Source: an uncultured Gemmatimonadales bacterium
GTDB lineage: Bacteria; Gemmatimonadota; Gemmatimonadetes; Gemmatimonadales; GWC2-71-9
Direction: 5' to 3'
Assembly: GCA_963798915.1 (NCBI GenBank)
Contig: CAWCVB010000002.1
Location: forward strand, 224,001-288,000
DNA: 64,000 nt
Shown here: positions 8,394 to 21,193 of the stretch, piece by piece
How the letters are laid out: each line of letters opens with the position of its first letter
Numbering within the stretch: position 1 is the stretch's first letter
Notes under the pieces: model-generated
Seen by the model: the letters and a program-made list of their open reading frames with translations, nothing else
What the model was told of the DNA's origin: nothing
Databases searched by the model: none
Program-made: the position numbers and the translations under genes

Positions 8394-11017
8394 CGCTTTT
8401 CCCCGTGCGGTGCGGCGCGTGTCACCAGCCAGATATTCGCCTCGATCTGCTGGGCGCCATAGTAGATCGTGCGACCATCGGGCGCCGCCGCGATGTCGCC
8501 GTACTGGTCGGGCGGATGGGGAAGTGTCACGGCGATTTCGTGCCGCTCGAGCGTCATGATGTCCTGGATCATCAGCGCTCCGCTCTTGGTGAAGTACACC
8601 ACCCGCCGAAAGCCTGGCAGCCACGCGAGGTCGTAGCCCCGTGCGTCGGTGCTCAGCTGGCGCAGGTGACCGGTCGCCACTTCAAACAGGGCGCTGCCCC
8701 GCAATTCGCCCGACGGCATCACGATGGCGCCAGTCAACCAGCGTCCATCGTGCGACCAGTAGCTGGGCTGGAGGCTCCCGCCCCCGATGTTGAGATCCTT
8801 GATCTCCGTGCCAGTCCTCTCGGTGATCGGCCATGGTGCTGATCCGATTGTGGCACCTCGCTGGACATGGCCAATCACCAGGCGCTGGCCGTCCGGGGCG
8901 AACATCGGGAAGTAGCCCCCAGTGGGGATATCGGTGAGGCGCGTCCGGCCGCTGCCGTCGAGCCGAATCGACCAGCCGTCGTACTTCCCGCCGGAATTGG
9001 AAAAGAACGTGACCGCCTCGTTGTCCGGGGTGAAGCGCGGAAACCAGTCGCGCGCATCATCGTCGGTGAGGCGCGTCAGGCCACTCCCGTCGGGATGCAT
9101 GATGAAGATGTCCTGCTGCCGGTCCGGTGAGTTGAACAGCGCGATCCACTTTCCGTCCGGTGACACGTCGGTCGGGGTGAGAATGCCGGTGCGATGCTGA
9201 AGCAGCGTCACGGCCCCGGCCTTGCCCGTGACCGGGTCGAATGCGATGGCGGCCGGGTTCACCGATTCGATCTTGGCGCGAAACACGAGTGACATGCCGT
9301 CCGTCGACAGATGCGGCAGGTCCATGGCAACATCGACTCCGGACACGACGGGTTCGGGATTGCCGGTGGCGCGCCCCGACGCTTCGTTCATGGGAATCCG
9401 CCAGATGCCCATGGCGCCGCCGCGATCGCTCCCGAAATAGAGATACTTCCCGTCCGGTGACCAGACCGGTGCCCAGTCGACCGCTACATCATTCGTCACC
9501 TTGACGCGTGCGCCGCCGGCCGCGGGAATTGTCTGAAGATCGCGTTGCCCGTTGCTGCTCGTCCAGAAGGCAATCCGCGCTCCCGATGGCGACCACGCGG
9601 GCTGATACGCGTCGCCGGCCCCCAGGGAATCCAGTTGCTGCGGCGCGCCGCCAGACACGTCGACCGTCCACAAGCCCCCCGAATTCGACGTACTGTACGG
9701 CGAGTTTACTTCTTCGGAGCCGAACACGATGCGCCGGCCGTCGGGCGACCACGCCGGATTGGCGCCGAACGTGGTCAGCCGCCGAGCCGACTCGCCCGTG
9801 GCGCCCACCACGAAGATGCCGCCGCCCTGCTGATTGTAGGCGATCTGCTTTCCGTCGGGCGAGTACGCGGGCCAGACCTCGTCGTGCGTCGAATCACCCG
9901 CCACCAGCACCGGATTGCGCCCGCCGACCCGCTGCACGAAGATGTCCCAGGTGCCACGCGCATTGCTTGCGTACGCGAACGATTCGCCATCCGGGGAGAG
10001 ACTGGGACTGGTTTCCACGCCCGAGGCGTCGGTGAGTTGCGTAAAGGCCGACCATCGCGCTTCCGGCGTGCGAGTCAGGTGACCGAGCCACCAGCCGCCG
10101 ATGGCGGCGAGTGCTGCGACCATCGCGATTCCAGCGACGGGAATCGAGAAGCGGCGCCTCGCGTCTCGCGTCTCGGGTCTCGCCTCTCTCCCTTCCTGTT
10201 GCAGCGCCTCCGCAAACTTCGCGGCACTGGCAAACCGGTCGGCCGGCAACTTGGCGAGCGCCGTGAGCACCGCCGCTTCAATGTGAGATGGAACGGTGTC
10301 GCGCACCGTGCTGATGGGAGAAGGCTTCTCGGTCAGCACCTTCGCCACGATCGCCTGCACGCTGGATCCGCTGAACGGCGGATCGCCGGCGAGCATTTCA
10401 TAGGTGACGGCGCCCAGCGCGTAGATGTCGCTCCGCGCGTCGATAGCGCGTTCACCCATCGCCTGTTCGGGCGACATGTATTGCGGGGTGCCAAGGGACA
10501 GGCCGGTCTGCGTCATCCGCTGGCCGCCGGCGGTTGCCACGGCGAGCGCGATACCGAAGTCGGCGACCAGCGCATGGCCGCCCTGCAGCAAGATGTTCTC
10601 GGGCTTGATGTCGCGATGGACAATGCCGATGGAATGGGCGCTTCCCAGGGCATCGGCGACTTCGCGGGCGATGAGCACTGCATCGCCAATCGGCAACTGA
10701 CGCTCGCGCTCGAGACGGGTGCGAAGCGTCTCGCCGGTAACGTACGGCATGACATAGTAGAGCAGCCCGTTGGCCTCGCCCGAGTCCAGCAGCGGCAGGA
10801 TGTGCGGATGCTGCAGCTTCGCGGTCGTCCTGATCTCGGTCAGGAAGCGCTCGCCACCAAGTGCGGCGCCGAGATCGGGATGCAGCACCTTGACGGCCAC
10901 CTGGCGGTCGTGCTTGATGTCGTGCGCCAGGTACACCGTCGCCATCCCGCCCGCACCCAGTTCCCGCTCGATGCGGTAGCGGTCAGCCAGGCTTGCCCTG
11001 AGGCGGTCCAGGGTCAT
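8390..11017 (-). CDS. K4: Ser/Thr kinase + TM + PD40-repeat double beta-propeller (875 aa)
   Basis: Complete kinase motifs; TM IPVAGIAMVAALAAIGGWWL; regular PD40 repeats (PSLSPDG, PAYSPDG, PAWSPDG, PVWSPDG, PRFTPD). Confidence 0.94.
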   Translation of the reverse strand: MTLDRLRASLADRYRIERELGAGGMATVYLAHDIKHDRQVAVKVLHPDLGAALGGERFLTEIRTTAKLQHPHILPLLDSGEANGLLYYVMPYVTGETLRTRLERERQLPIGDAVLIAREVADALGSAHSIGIVHRDIKPENILLQGGHALVADFGIALAVATAGGQRMTQTGLSLGTPQYMSPEQAMGERAIDARSDIYALGAVTYEMLAGDPPFSGSSVQAIVAKVLTEKPSPISTVRDTVPSHIEAAVLTALAKLPADRFASAAKFAEALQQEGREARPETRDARRRFSIPVAGIAMVAALAAIGGWWLGHLTRTPEARWSAFTQLTDASGVETSPSLSPDGESFAYASNARGTWDIFVQRVGGRNPVLVAGDSTHDEVWPAYSPDGKQIAYNQQGGGIFVVGATGESARRLTTFGANPAWSPDGRRIVFGSEEVNSPYSTSNSGGLWTVDVSGGAPQQLDSLGAGDAYQPAWSPSGARIAFWTSSNGQRDLQTIPAAGGARVKVTNDVAVDWAPVWSPDGKYLYFGSDRGGAMGIWRIPMNEASGRATGNPEPVVSGVDVAMDLPHLSTDGMSLVFRAKIESVNPAAIAFDPVTGKAGAVTLLQHRTGILTPTDVSPDGKWIALFNSPDRQQDIFIMHPDGSGLTRLTDDDARDWFPRFTPDNEAVTFFSNSGGKYDGWSIRLDGSGRTRLTDIPTGGYFPMFAPDGQRLVIGHVQRGATIGSAPWPITERTGTEIKDLNIGGGSLQPSYWSHDGRWLTGAIVMPSGELRGSALFEVATGHLRQLSTDARGYDLAWLPGFRRVVYFTKSGALMIQDIMTLERHEIAVTLPHPPDQYGDIAAAPDGRTIYYGAQQIEANIWLVTRAAPHGEKR

Positions 11018-11076
11018 CAGGTCAATCTCCGAGACGCGTGTGCCGAAGGGGCGGCGGCAAGACGGTCGAGCCTCAT
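11017..11076 (-). CDS. Putative 19-aa mini-ORF MRLDRLAAAPSAHASRRLT (kinase-N-terminus-like)
   Basis: ATG overlaps the K5 stop (ATGA at 11073-11076), and its TGA overlaps the K4 ATG (TGATG at 11015-11019). RLAAA matches K16/K17 RLAAALSDRY. Confidence 0.55.
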   Translation of the reverse strand: MRLDRLAAAPSAHASRRLT

Positions 11077-13762
11077 CTGGCTCCGCCGCTTTCGGCCACC
11101 CGGCGCCGGAACTCCGTGATCCAGTTGGGCGAAACTACCAGCTGGTAGTCGTTCTGCTCGGGAATCGCCGTCAGGAAGCGCCGGCCATCGCGGGTCGGCT
11201 GATAGAGGGCCGAAAAGAACTGTGCATCGAGCCCGGCGCTGGGAAAGGAGGCCATGAGCGTGTCGCGGCCGAGCAATGTGATGACGGGCCTGGTCGCCAG
11301 GCGCGCCTCGACGAGCGCCGAACCGCTCAGATAGTAGAGCCGGGTGCCATCGGCCGACCACATCGGGGCCACGCCACCGCCGACGGAAACCTGGAGCTTG
11401 GTGGAAGGATCGGGATAGGACCGGAGATAGATCTCGTCCTGCCCCGACTCGTCATCCACCAGGGCAACCCATTTTCCGTCGGGAGAGAACTCCGGCGCGT
11501 GGAAGCTGGCGTGGGACACAAGGTAGTCGTGCACCGCCGGGGTCGAGTCCAGTATCAGGCGCTGCAGGCTCCATACGTCCCCGGGAATCACCGAGAGCAG
11601 CACCGAGCGGCCGTCCGGCGACATGACTGCCCCCCCGGCAGCGAAGGGCAGGTCGACGAGCTTCTCCGGCGCAACCCCGCCGGATGCCCGCTGTCGCCAC
11701 AGCGTGTTCCCGGTTTCGCCGGTCGAGAAATAGAGAACGTCGGATCCGTCCGGAGTCCACGAAACGGAGGTGACGGTATTGACCGTCGTCAGCCGGGAAA
11801 AGGTGCCCAGTGACAGGTCTTCGATCCAGATATCGCTCTGACCATGGTCGCCAGTCACCACGGCGATGCGGCGTTCATCGGGGGAAAGCCGCAGGGCTTG
11901 GTACTGGCCGGCCGACGGCCCCACGGCACGGGGCGGACCGCCCGGGGCCACCCACGAGATCCTGCCGGTCGCGCTCCCGATCGAGGTTATCAGCGCGCCA
12001 CCGCGGGAAATGTAGATCTCCGAATTCCCGTTCAGACCGGGCACAACCGGAACGGGGTCGTGCACCGGAATCGGTGATCCGACCACCTTTCCGGCCCCGG
12101 CGTCCAACCGGACCGACATGACGGCGCCGTCGGCCTTGAGGTACACCAGCCACCCGTCGAGGATTGCCAGGGGCCGGATTGCCTTGATGCCAAGCCGGGT
12201 GACCGCCCCGTCCTTGAGGGAGGCGACTGCCAGCTGGGCCGAGGCGAGGCCACCGAACCAGACGGTAAAGACCGCGTAGCTGCCGTCCGGGGTACTGAGC
12301 GGCCAGAGATGATTCCGCTCTCCCGTGGTGGTGTCCACCTGCGTCAGGGCGGCCGGCGTTCCGCCGGCAGCACTCACCCGGGATAGCCCGGCATATGACC
12401 CCCATGTTCCCAACAGAATCTCGTTGTTGACGGTCCAGTCGGCACCGTTGTACGCGCCGGCATCCGCGATTGTCACCGGCGCGCTGCCGTCGAGCCTGAC
12501 CTTGCGCTCCTTGCCCTGCACTTCGAACCCCACCCACTGCCCGTCGGGCGAGAAGTACGGCTGGGCCGCCCCGATGGTACCGGGAATCTCACGCGCCTCC
12601 AGTTGGTTGGTGCGCAAGAAGTACAGCCGGGTCGTAAGGGAGGCGCCGCCGGAGTTGACGGGGGAGACGCTGTAGACCACGGTGCCGCCGTCGGGCGAGG
12701 TGGCGGCGGGCCATGGGTAGCTGCGAACCGGCCTGGTGCTGTCGGTGGTGGTCAGCACGTACTTGATGGGTGGGACCACCAGGGGGACCGGCCGCGGCCG
12801 GAGCAGCATCGCCACACCACCGAGCGCCAGCACCGCGATCGCCGCCACCCCGATGAACAGCGGGTCCCGCAGGCGCGAGCGCCCGGTGGGAGCTGCAAGC
12901 CCACCGGCCGGCATTGCTCTGCTCGCGGCAGGTGCCAGCTCCGGCCGGTTCAGCGCATCGCTGAACTCCGCCGCGCTGGCGAAACGGTCGGCCGGCAGCT
13001 TCTCAAGCGCCGTCAGCACCGCCGTCTCCACATGCGCGGGGATGGTGTGCCGCTGCGGCAGCATCGGCCGGGGCGACTCCGTCACCACCTTGGCCACGAT
13101 CGCCTGCGCCGTGCTTCCGGTGAACGGCGGATCCCCCACCAGCATCTCGTAGGTCATCGCCCCCAGGGCGTAGACGTCCGAGCGCGCCGTGATCTCCCGC
13201 TCCCCCATCGCCTGCTCCGGGCTCATGTAATGCGGCGTCCCCAGGCTCATCCCCGTCTCCGTCATCCGGGTCCCGCCCGCACTGCTCACCGCCAGCGCGA
13301 TCCCGAAATCGGCCACCAGCGCGCTGCCGTCATGCAGCATCACGTTCTCGGGCTTGATGTCCCGGTGGATGATCCCGTGCCGGTGGGCATAGTCCAGCGC
13401 CCCCGCCACTTCCGTCGCGATCCGCACCGCGTCGGCCACCGGCAACTGCTTCTCCCGGTTGAGCCGGTCGCGCAGCGACTCGCCCTCGACGTAGGGCATG
13501 ACGAAGAAGGCGGTGCCGGTGACCTCGCCCGAGTCAATCAGCCCCAGTATGTGCGGATGCTGCAGCGCCGCGATGGTGCGAATCTCCCGCACGAACCGCT
13601 CGGCCCCAATCACCGCCGCCAGCTCCGGCCGCAGCACCTTGATGGCCACGTTGCGGCCATGCTTCAGGTCCTCGGCCAGGTAGACGGTGGCCATGCCGCC
13701 CTGCCCGAGCTCCCGCTCGATGCGGTAGCGGTCAGCCAGGGCGGTGCGGAGACGCTCGACCG

Positions 13763-13766
<4 letters not shown>
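11073..13766 (-). CDS. K5: Ser/Thr kinase + TM + PD40/TolB-like beta-propeller (897 aa)
   Basis: True start GTG at 13766 (MTVERLRTALADRY; GTGA overlap with K6 stop). Complete kinase motifs; TM PLFIGVAAIAVLALGGVAMLL; SPDG repeats. Confidence 0.92.
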
Positions 13767-16048
<2,282 letters not shown>

Positions 16049-16049
16049 C

Positions 16050-18469
16050 CTACGCGCCCGATCGGGAAATTGACGCGCCCGGCTTGAGTCCCAGCCGCCG
16101 CACCAGCGCCTGGTACCGCGGCTCGCCGTGGAGGGGCCGGAACCTGGGATCCACACTCACCAAGCACATCCACACATTGCCGGAGGCATAGCCGCGTTCG
16201 AGCCAGTCCAGTGCCTTGGAGCGTTCGCCCAGGGCGAGAAAGGCGGACGCCAGCCGGTACTCGTCCACGTAATGCGTCCTGCCGTAGGCAATCACGGTAG
16301 CCAGTTCGTGGCTGGCCTCGGCGGTGTCACCTGCGAGCGCGAGCGCCTGCGCCAGGACCATGCGATCGCGCATCCTGCCGGGCAACGCTTGCACCAGTGC
16401 GCGCTGCTCGCGCACCGCCTCCCCGTAGTCCCCGCGCGCCAGCAGGAGATCGGCGTAACACCGCGACCCGGCGCCCAGTTCGCGGCGCCGACGGCAATAT
16501 GTTTCGGCCTCATCGGCGCCGCCGGCACCAAGCGCGATCTGCGTCGCGTGTTCCAGCACCAGCGGGGAGAGCGGATCGAAGCGTACTGCGCGGGCAACAT
16601 GCGCGCGGGCGGAGTCGGGTTGTCCCAGGCCCCACAGCTGCCAGGCATAGCCAATGTTCGCCTCCGCGTTGGTCGAGTCGAGAGAGAGCGCGATGCGGAA
16701 TTCGCGCTCCCCTGCCACACAGTCATTCTGATACGAACTCAAGAAGGTCCCGATCAGGCCATATGATTCCGCCGACTGCGGATCGAGTGCCGCGGCGCGC
16801 CGCGCCGCTGGCAGCATGTGCTGCAGCGCCTCGTGGGGCGCCACATAGTCGTCCGCCAGCGCATACCATGCCCGGGCCAGTGCATTCCATGCGCCGGCGT
16901 AGCTGGAATCGAGGGCGATCGCCTGCTCCGCGAGCGCCACAGCATGGCGCACGGCGCTCTCGCTCCCCGCCCGATCGCTGAGATAGAGTGAGCGCAGCAC
17001 GAGATCGTGCGCCGGCACGCTGCGCGTGCCCGGTGTGGCCAGCTGCTTGACGGTGGCGGGGGAGAGCGCGATATCGAGCGCCTTGGTAATACCGGTCGCG
17101 ATCGAATCGTGGAGCGAGAAGATGCTGGATTCGTCCTGGTCGTAGCTCGCCGACCAGAGCACTGCGTCATGCGCTGGATCGTCCAGCGCGACCGTAATTC
17201 GTAGCCGGCCATTGGCTCGCCCGATGGTGCCCTCGACGATACCCGACACGCCGAGCAGCTTCGCCGCGTCGCGCGCCGTCCTGCCGCGCAAGGCGAACGC
17301 CGAGGAGCGAGGCACCACCGCGAGTCCCGGAATGCGGGCAAGCGCGGAGGTGAGATCGGTCGCCATGCCGTCGGCGAGGTAAGCGTTGGCGCTGTCGCCG
17401 CCAAGCGATTCGAAGGGCAGCACCGCGAGATGACGAGTCGCGCCAGACGATGAGGTCAGTGTGTCGCCCGGGGTGCGGCCCAGGGGGAGCAGCCGCCAGG
17501 CAAGGAGCCCCAGTGCCACCAGGGCCGCAGCCCCGACCGCCAGCCGCCAGGTCGGGCGGCGGCGACCATGGTCGCGCGGCAGTTGATCCAGCGCCGCGAC
17601 CAGCTCAGCCGCTGATTGCGGACGGTCCGCCGGAGGCTTGGCGAGGCAGCGCATCACCAGCGCGGCGAGGCCGGCCGGAATGGCGGCGCGGGCACGGGTG
17701 ACCGATTCCGGCGGGGTCGTCAGCTGCGCGGCGATCAGCCGCTGCGCAGTCAGCCCGGTAAACGGTGGCCGGCCGGTCAGCATTTCATACCCGACGACCC
17801 CGAACGAATAGATGTCGGCGCGCGCATCAACCTGAGGGTCGGCGGCGGCCTGCTCTGGCGCCATGTAGGCCGGGGTGCCGAGGGACACTCCAGCTGGGTC
17901 AGCGCCGTTCCGGCTCCCGTCGCACTCGCGGCACCACTCGCCGCCTGCGCGATCCCGAAGTCCATCACCATCGCATGGCCGTCGCTGATGAGGATGTTTT
18001 CAGGCTTGATATCGCGATGAACAATGCCGCTCTGGTGCGCCTTGGCCAGCGCATCGGCGACTTCACGCAGGAGCCGGACTGCCACGTCGATCGGGAGTGC
18101 ACCTTCCCTCGCCAGCTTGTCACGGAGCGACTCGCCAGCGATGTAGGGCATAACGTAGTAGAGAACGGTCGAGGGTCGAGCGTCGAGCGCGTGACCCTCG
18201 ACCATCGACCCTTGACCCTCGACGCTTCCCGAATCAAACAGCGGCAGAATATGCGGGTGCTGCAGCCGGGCAGTCACTTCGATTTCCCGCAGGAACCGCT
18301 CGGCGCCAAGCACCGCGGCGAGCTCGGGCTTGAGGACCTTGATCGCCACCTTCCGGTTGTGTCGCAGGTCCTGGGCGAGGTAGACCGTGGCCATGCCACC
18401 CTGGCCCAGCTCGCGCTCGATGCGGTAGCGATCTGTAAGAGCGGCTTCCAGACGAGACAGCTCGGCCAT
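16050..18469 (-). pseudogene. K7: Ser/Thr kinase + TM + TolB-like + TPR, one-base deletion frameshift at about 17890 (real lesion or sequencing error)
   Basis: ORF 17777..18469 carries subdomains I-VII and ORF 16050..17888 carries SLGTPAYMAPEQ onward. The coding strand reads CTG GA GTG TCC where CTG GGA GTG TCC (LGVS) restores the frame. AAGGAG SD upstream. Confidence 0.85.
18168..18223. repeat. Heptamer tandem/inverted repeat inside K7 kinase N-lobe loop
   Basis: GTCGAGG GTCGAGC GTCGAGC GCGTGAC CCTCGAC CATCGAC CCTTGAC CCTCGAC; the second half is the near reverse complement of the first. Confidence 0.85.
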
Positions 18470-18485
18470 ATCGTGCTCCTTGCCT

Positions 18486-18512
18486 GGCGGTACGGCGGTA
18501 CGGCGGTACGGC
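18486..18512. repeat. 8-bp tandem repeat (GGCGGTAC)x3 + GGC
   Basis: Directly visible in the K8-K7 gap, just upstream (minus strand) of the K7 Shine-Dalgarno. Confidence 0.9.
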
Positions 18513-18556
18513 CCGAAGATGACGTCATTGCGAGGCGGCGCCAGCCGCCGTGGAGT

Positions 18557-21193
18557 CTACGGCGTTGGCTGAGACTGCCTTCCCAGCAGCTGCTGCCAGT
18601 TGAGCAGCAGGGTTGCCGACGAGCTGCCTTCCACCCGCTGCCGCACCAGAAATTGCCGGCCGTCCGCGCCCGCATCGTACGTGGTGGTGGCCTGGGCGCC
18701 TCCGCGTTGGTCCGCGAAGAGGCGCGCACTCCAGCGCGGTGAGCGGAAGAGCGCCTCCGGGTTTCCGACCTGAAGGCCAGGATCGGCCCTCACCGGCACT
18801 TGCATGATCGAACCGTCCGGCCCCTGAAAGAACAACGCGCGCCCGTCGCGACGCCAGCGCGGCAGCCCTCCTCCCGCAACCGAGACTCTGGTGACGGCGC
18901 CGGTCCGCCGGAACGGGCGTAGGTAGACCTCCAGCTCGCCGGTTTCATCGGAGACGTAGGCCAACCATTTCCCGTCAGGGGATACAGCGCCTGCCGATGC
19001 GGTTCCGCTCACGGACACCAGCGGTTCCAGTTTGCCGGTTGCGGTGTTCAAGGTCCAGAGAGCGCCATGCGGTGCGTTGCTCGGGGCCGCCAGCAGGATG
19101 AGATACCGGCCATCGGAGGTCCAATCGGTGGGCACAAACAGGTTCCCTTCGCCGGTCTGGTCCACGAGCGTACTATCCTTTCCGGTTTCGAGGTTCACCA
19201 GGATCGTCTTCCCGGTCTTCCCGTCAATCGTGGCGATCAGGGAATCGCCAGGCGCCCAGACCGGAAACCAGAAGCTGCCGTTCGGCCGCACCGGAATGGT
19301 CGTATGACGGCCGAGATCATAGACCCAGAGACCGAAACCGGCGAGCGCGATGGCGGGTCTGCTCCATGCCTCCCGCAGGGTCCAGGTTCCTTGCAGGGAG
19401 ATGCTGTCTCGAATGGCACCCCTGGAATCGACGATCAGCGGCCCCTCATCCAGCCGTGCCGTCTGGAGATAGACCAGCCCGGTCCGGGCCACGGCATACG
19501 ATGGGACCAGGCCGGCGGTCCGGATTCCTCTCGCCAGAGTGACCGCTTCTTCTCCTCGCGGAACCGCGTGTTTCAGGTCGATGTGCTGCGCGACGATATC
19601 AGCCCCTGTGCGGCCCTGGCGGCTGTACACTGCCACCCCCGGGGAGAGCAATTGGACGAATTGCGCCCCGGTGAGAAAGGTGCGCGGAGTGGCCCCCTTG
19701 GCATCGCTCCACACCAGATCGCCCGAGGTGTTCCCCGCGAACCGGCGCCCGTCGGGAAACCAGGCCGGCCAGGAGAGGGTCCGGGAGGAATCCTGCCATG
19801 CGCCACCGACAGGAATACAGTCCCCGCCGGAGACGGGCACGAGCATGGGATGACCGAGGTGGGTGAAAATGATCGTACCCTGGCTGCTCCAGGACCCTCC
19901 CAGGTCGGCCGCCGGGCAGAGGACCCGGGACACGCGGCCGCCGAGATCGAAACGCATGAGCGACCCCCGGGCAAAGAATCCGATCGCCCGGCCATCGGGT
20001 GCCCAGAAGGGCGCCTCGGCGCCGGCGGTGCCGGAGAGGGAGTCCACCTGCCCGGACCGCAGATCGCGCAGCCAGAGCTTCCGCTCCCCGGCCGCACCCA
20101 GGCCGACGAAAGCGAGCCGGGTGCCATCGGGAGACAGGGCGGCAAAGTGGAACTCCGCGAACTCCACACCTCGCGGCGGTTCCAGCTCGACTTGGAATAC
20201 CGTCGCCCTGCTCTCGCGCGGGTGCAAGATCCAGGATGCCGCCGCGATTACCAGGGCAAGGCCGGCGAGAAGCCAGGGCAGGCTGCGGAACACCTGAGCA
20301 GGAATGGGCCGCCCCTTTCCCGCCACGGAGCCCGGCATCGCTCCCGTGGCTGTGGGCAAGCGGTAGCTGGACTCGCTCAGCGCCGCCGCGAATTCCGCCG
20401 CGCTGGCAAAGCGATCCGCCGGCAGCTTCTCCAGCGCCGTGAGTACCGCGGCTTCCACGTGCGGGGGAATCGTATGCCGCTGCGGCAGCATCGGCCGGGG
20501 CGTCTCCGTCACCACCTTCGCCACGATGGCCTGCGCCGTGCTCCCGGTGAAGGGCGGATCGCCCACCAGCATCTCGTAGGTCATCGCCCCCAGCGCGTAC
20601 ACGTCGCTCCGCGCCGTGATCTCCCGCTCCCCCATCGCCTGCTCGGGGCTCATGTAGTGCGGCGTCCCCAGGCTCATCCCCGTCTCGGTCATCCGGGTTC
20701 CGCCGCCGCTGCTCACCGCCAGCGCGATGCCGAAATCGGCCACCAGCGCGCTGCCGTCGTGCAGCATCACGTTCTCGGGTTTGATGTCGCGGTGGATCAC
20801 ACCGTGCCGGTGAGCATAGTCCAGCGCCGAGGCAACCTCGGTCGCGATCCGCACCGCGTCGGCGATCGGCAGCTGCTTCTCCCGCAGCAGCCGGTCGCGC
20901 AATGACTCCCCCTCGACGAACGGCATCACGTAGTACGCCGTCCCCTGCACCTCGCCCGAGTCAATCAGCCCCAGGATATGGGGATGCTGCAGCGCCGCGA
21001 TGGTGCGGATCTCCCGCACGAACCGCTCCGCCCCGATCACCGCCGCCAGCTCCGGCCGCAGCACCTTGATGGCCACCTTGCGGGCGTGCTTCAGGTCCTC
21101 GGCCAGGTAGACCGTGGCCATCCCGCCCGCACCGAGTTCGTGCTCGATGGTATAGCGGTCACCCAGGGCAGACTTGAGCGTGTCGAGGGTCAC
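18557..21193 (-). CDS. K8: Ser/Thr kinase + TM + PD40/TolB-like beta-propeller (878 aa)
   Basis: Complete kinase motifs; TM LPWLLAGLALVIAAASWIL; SPDG repeats; GTGA overlap with K9 stop. Confidence 0.93.
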   Translation of the reverse strand: MTLDTLKSALGDRYTIEHELGAGGMATVYLAEDLKHARKVAIKVLRPELAAVIGAERFVREIRTIAALQHPHILGLIDSGEVQGTAYYVMPFVEGESLRDRLLREKQLPIADAVRIATEVASALDYAHRHGVIHRDIKPENVMLHDGSALVADFGIALAVSSGGGTRMTETGMSLGTPHYMSPEQAMGEREITARSDVYALGAMTYEMLVGDPPFTGSTAQAIVAKVVTETPRPMLPQRHTIPPHVEAAVLTALEKLPADRFASAAEFAAALSESSYRLPTATGAMPGSVAGKGRPIPAQVFRSLPWLLAGLALVIAAASWILHPRESRATVFQVELEPPRGVEFAEFHFAALSPDGTRLAFVGLGAAGERKLWLRDLRSGQVDSLSGTAGAEAPFWAPDGRAIGFFARGSLMRFDLGGRVSRVLCPAADLGGSWSSQGTIIFTHLGHPMLVPVSGGDCIPVGGAWQDSSRTLSWPAWFPDGRRFAGNTSGDLVWSDAKGATPRTFLTGAQFVQLLSPGVAVYSRQGRTGADIVAQHIDLKHAVPRGEEAVTLARGIRTAGLVPSYAVARTGLVYLQTARLDEGPLIVDSRGAIRDSISLQGTWTLREAWSRPAIALAGFGLWVYDLGRHTTIPVRPNGSFWFPVWAPGDSLIATIDGKTGKTILVNLETGKDSTLVDQTGEGNLFVPTDWTSDGRYLILLAAPSNAPHGALWTLNTATGKLEPLVSVSGTASAGAVSPDGKWLAYVSDETGELEVYLRPFRRTGAVTRVSVAGGGLPRWRRDGRALFFQGPDGSIMQVPVRADPGLQVGNPEALFRSPRWSARLFADQRGGAQATTTYDAGADGRQFLVRQRVEGSSSATLLLNWQQLLGRQSQPTP

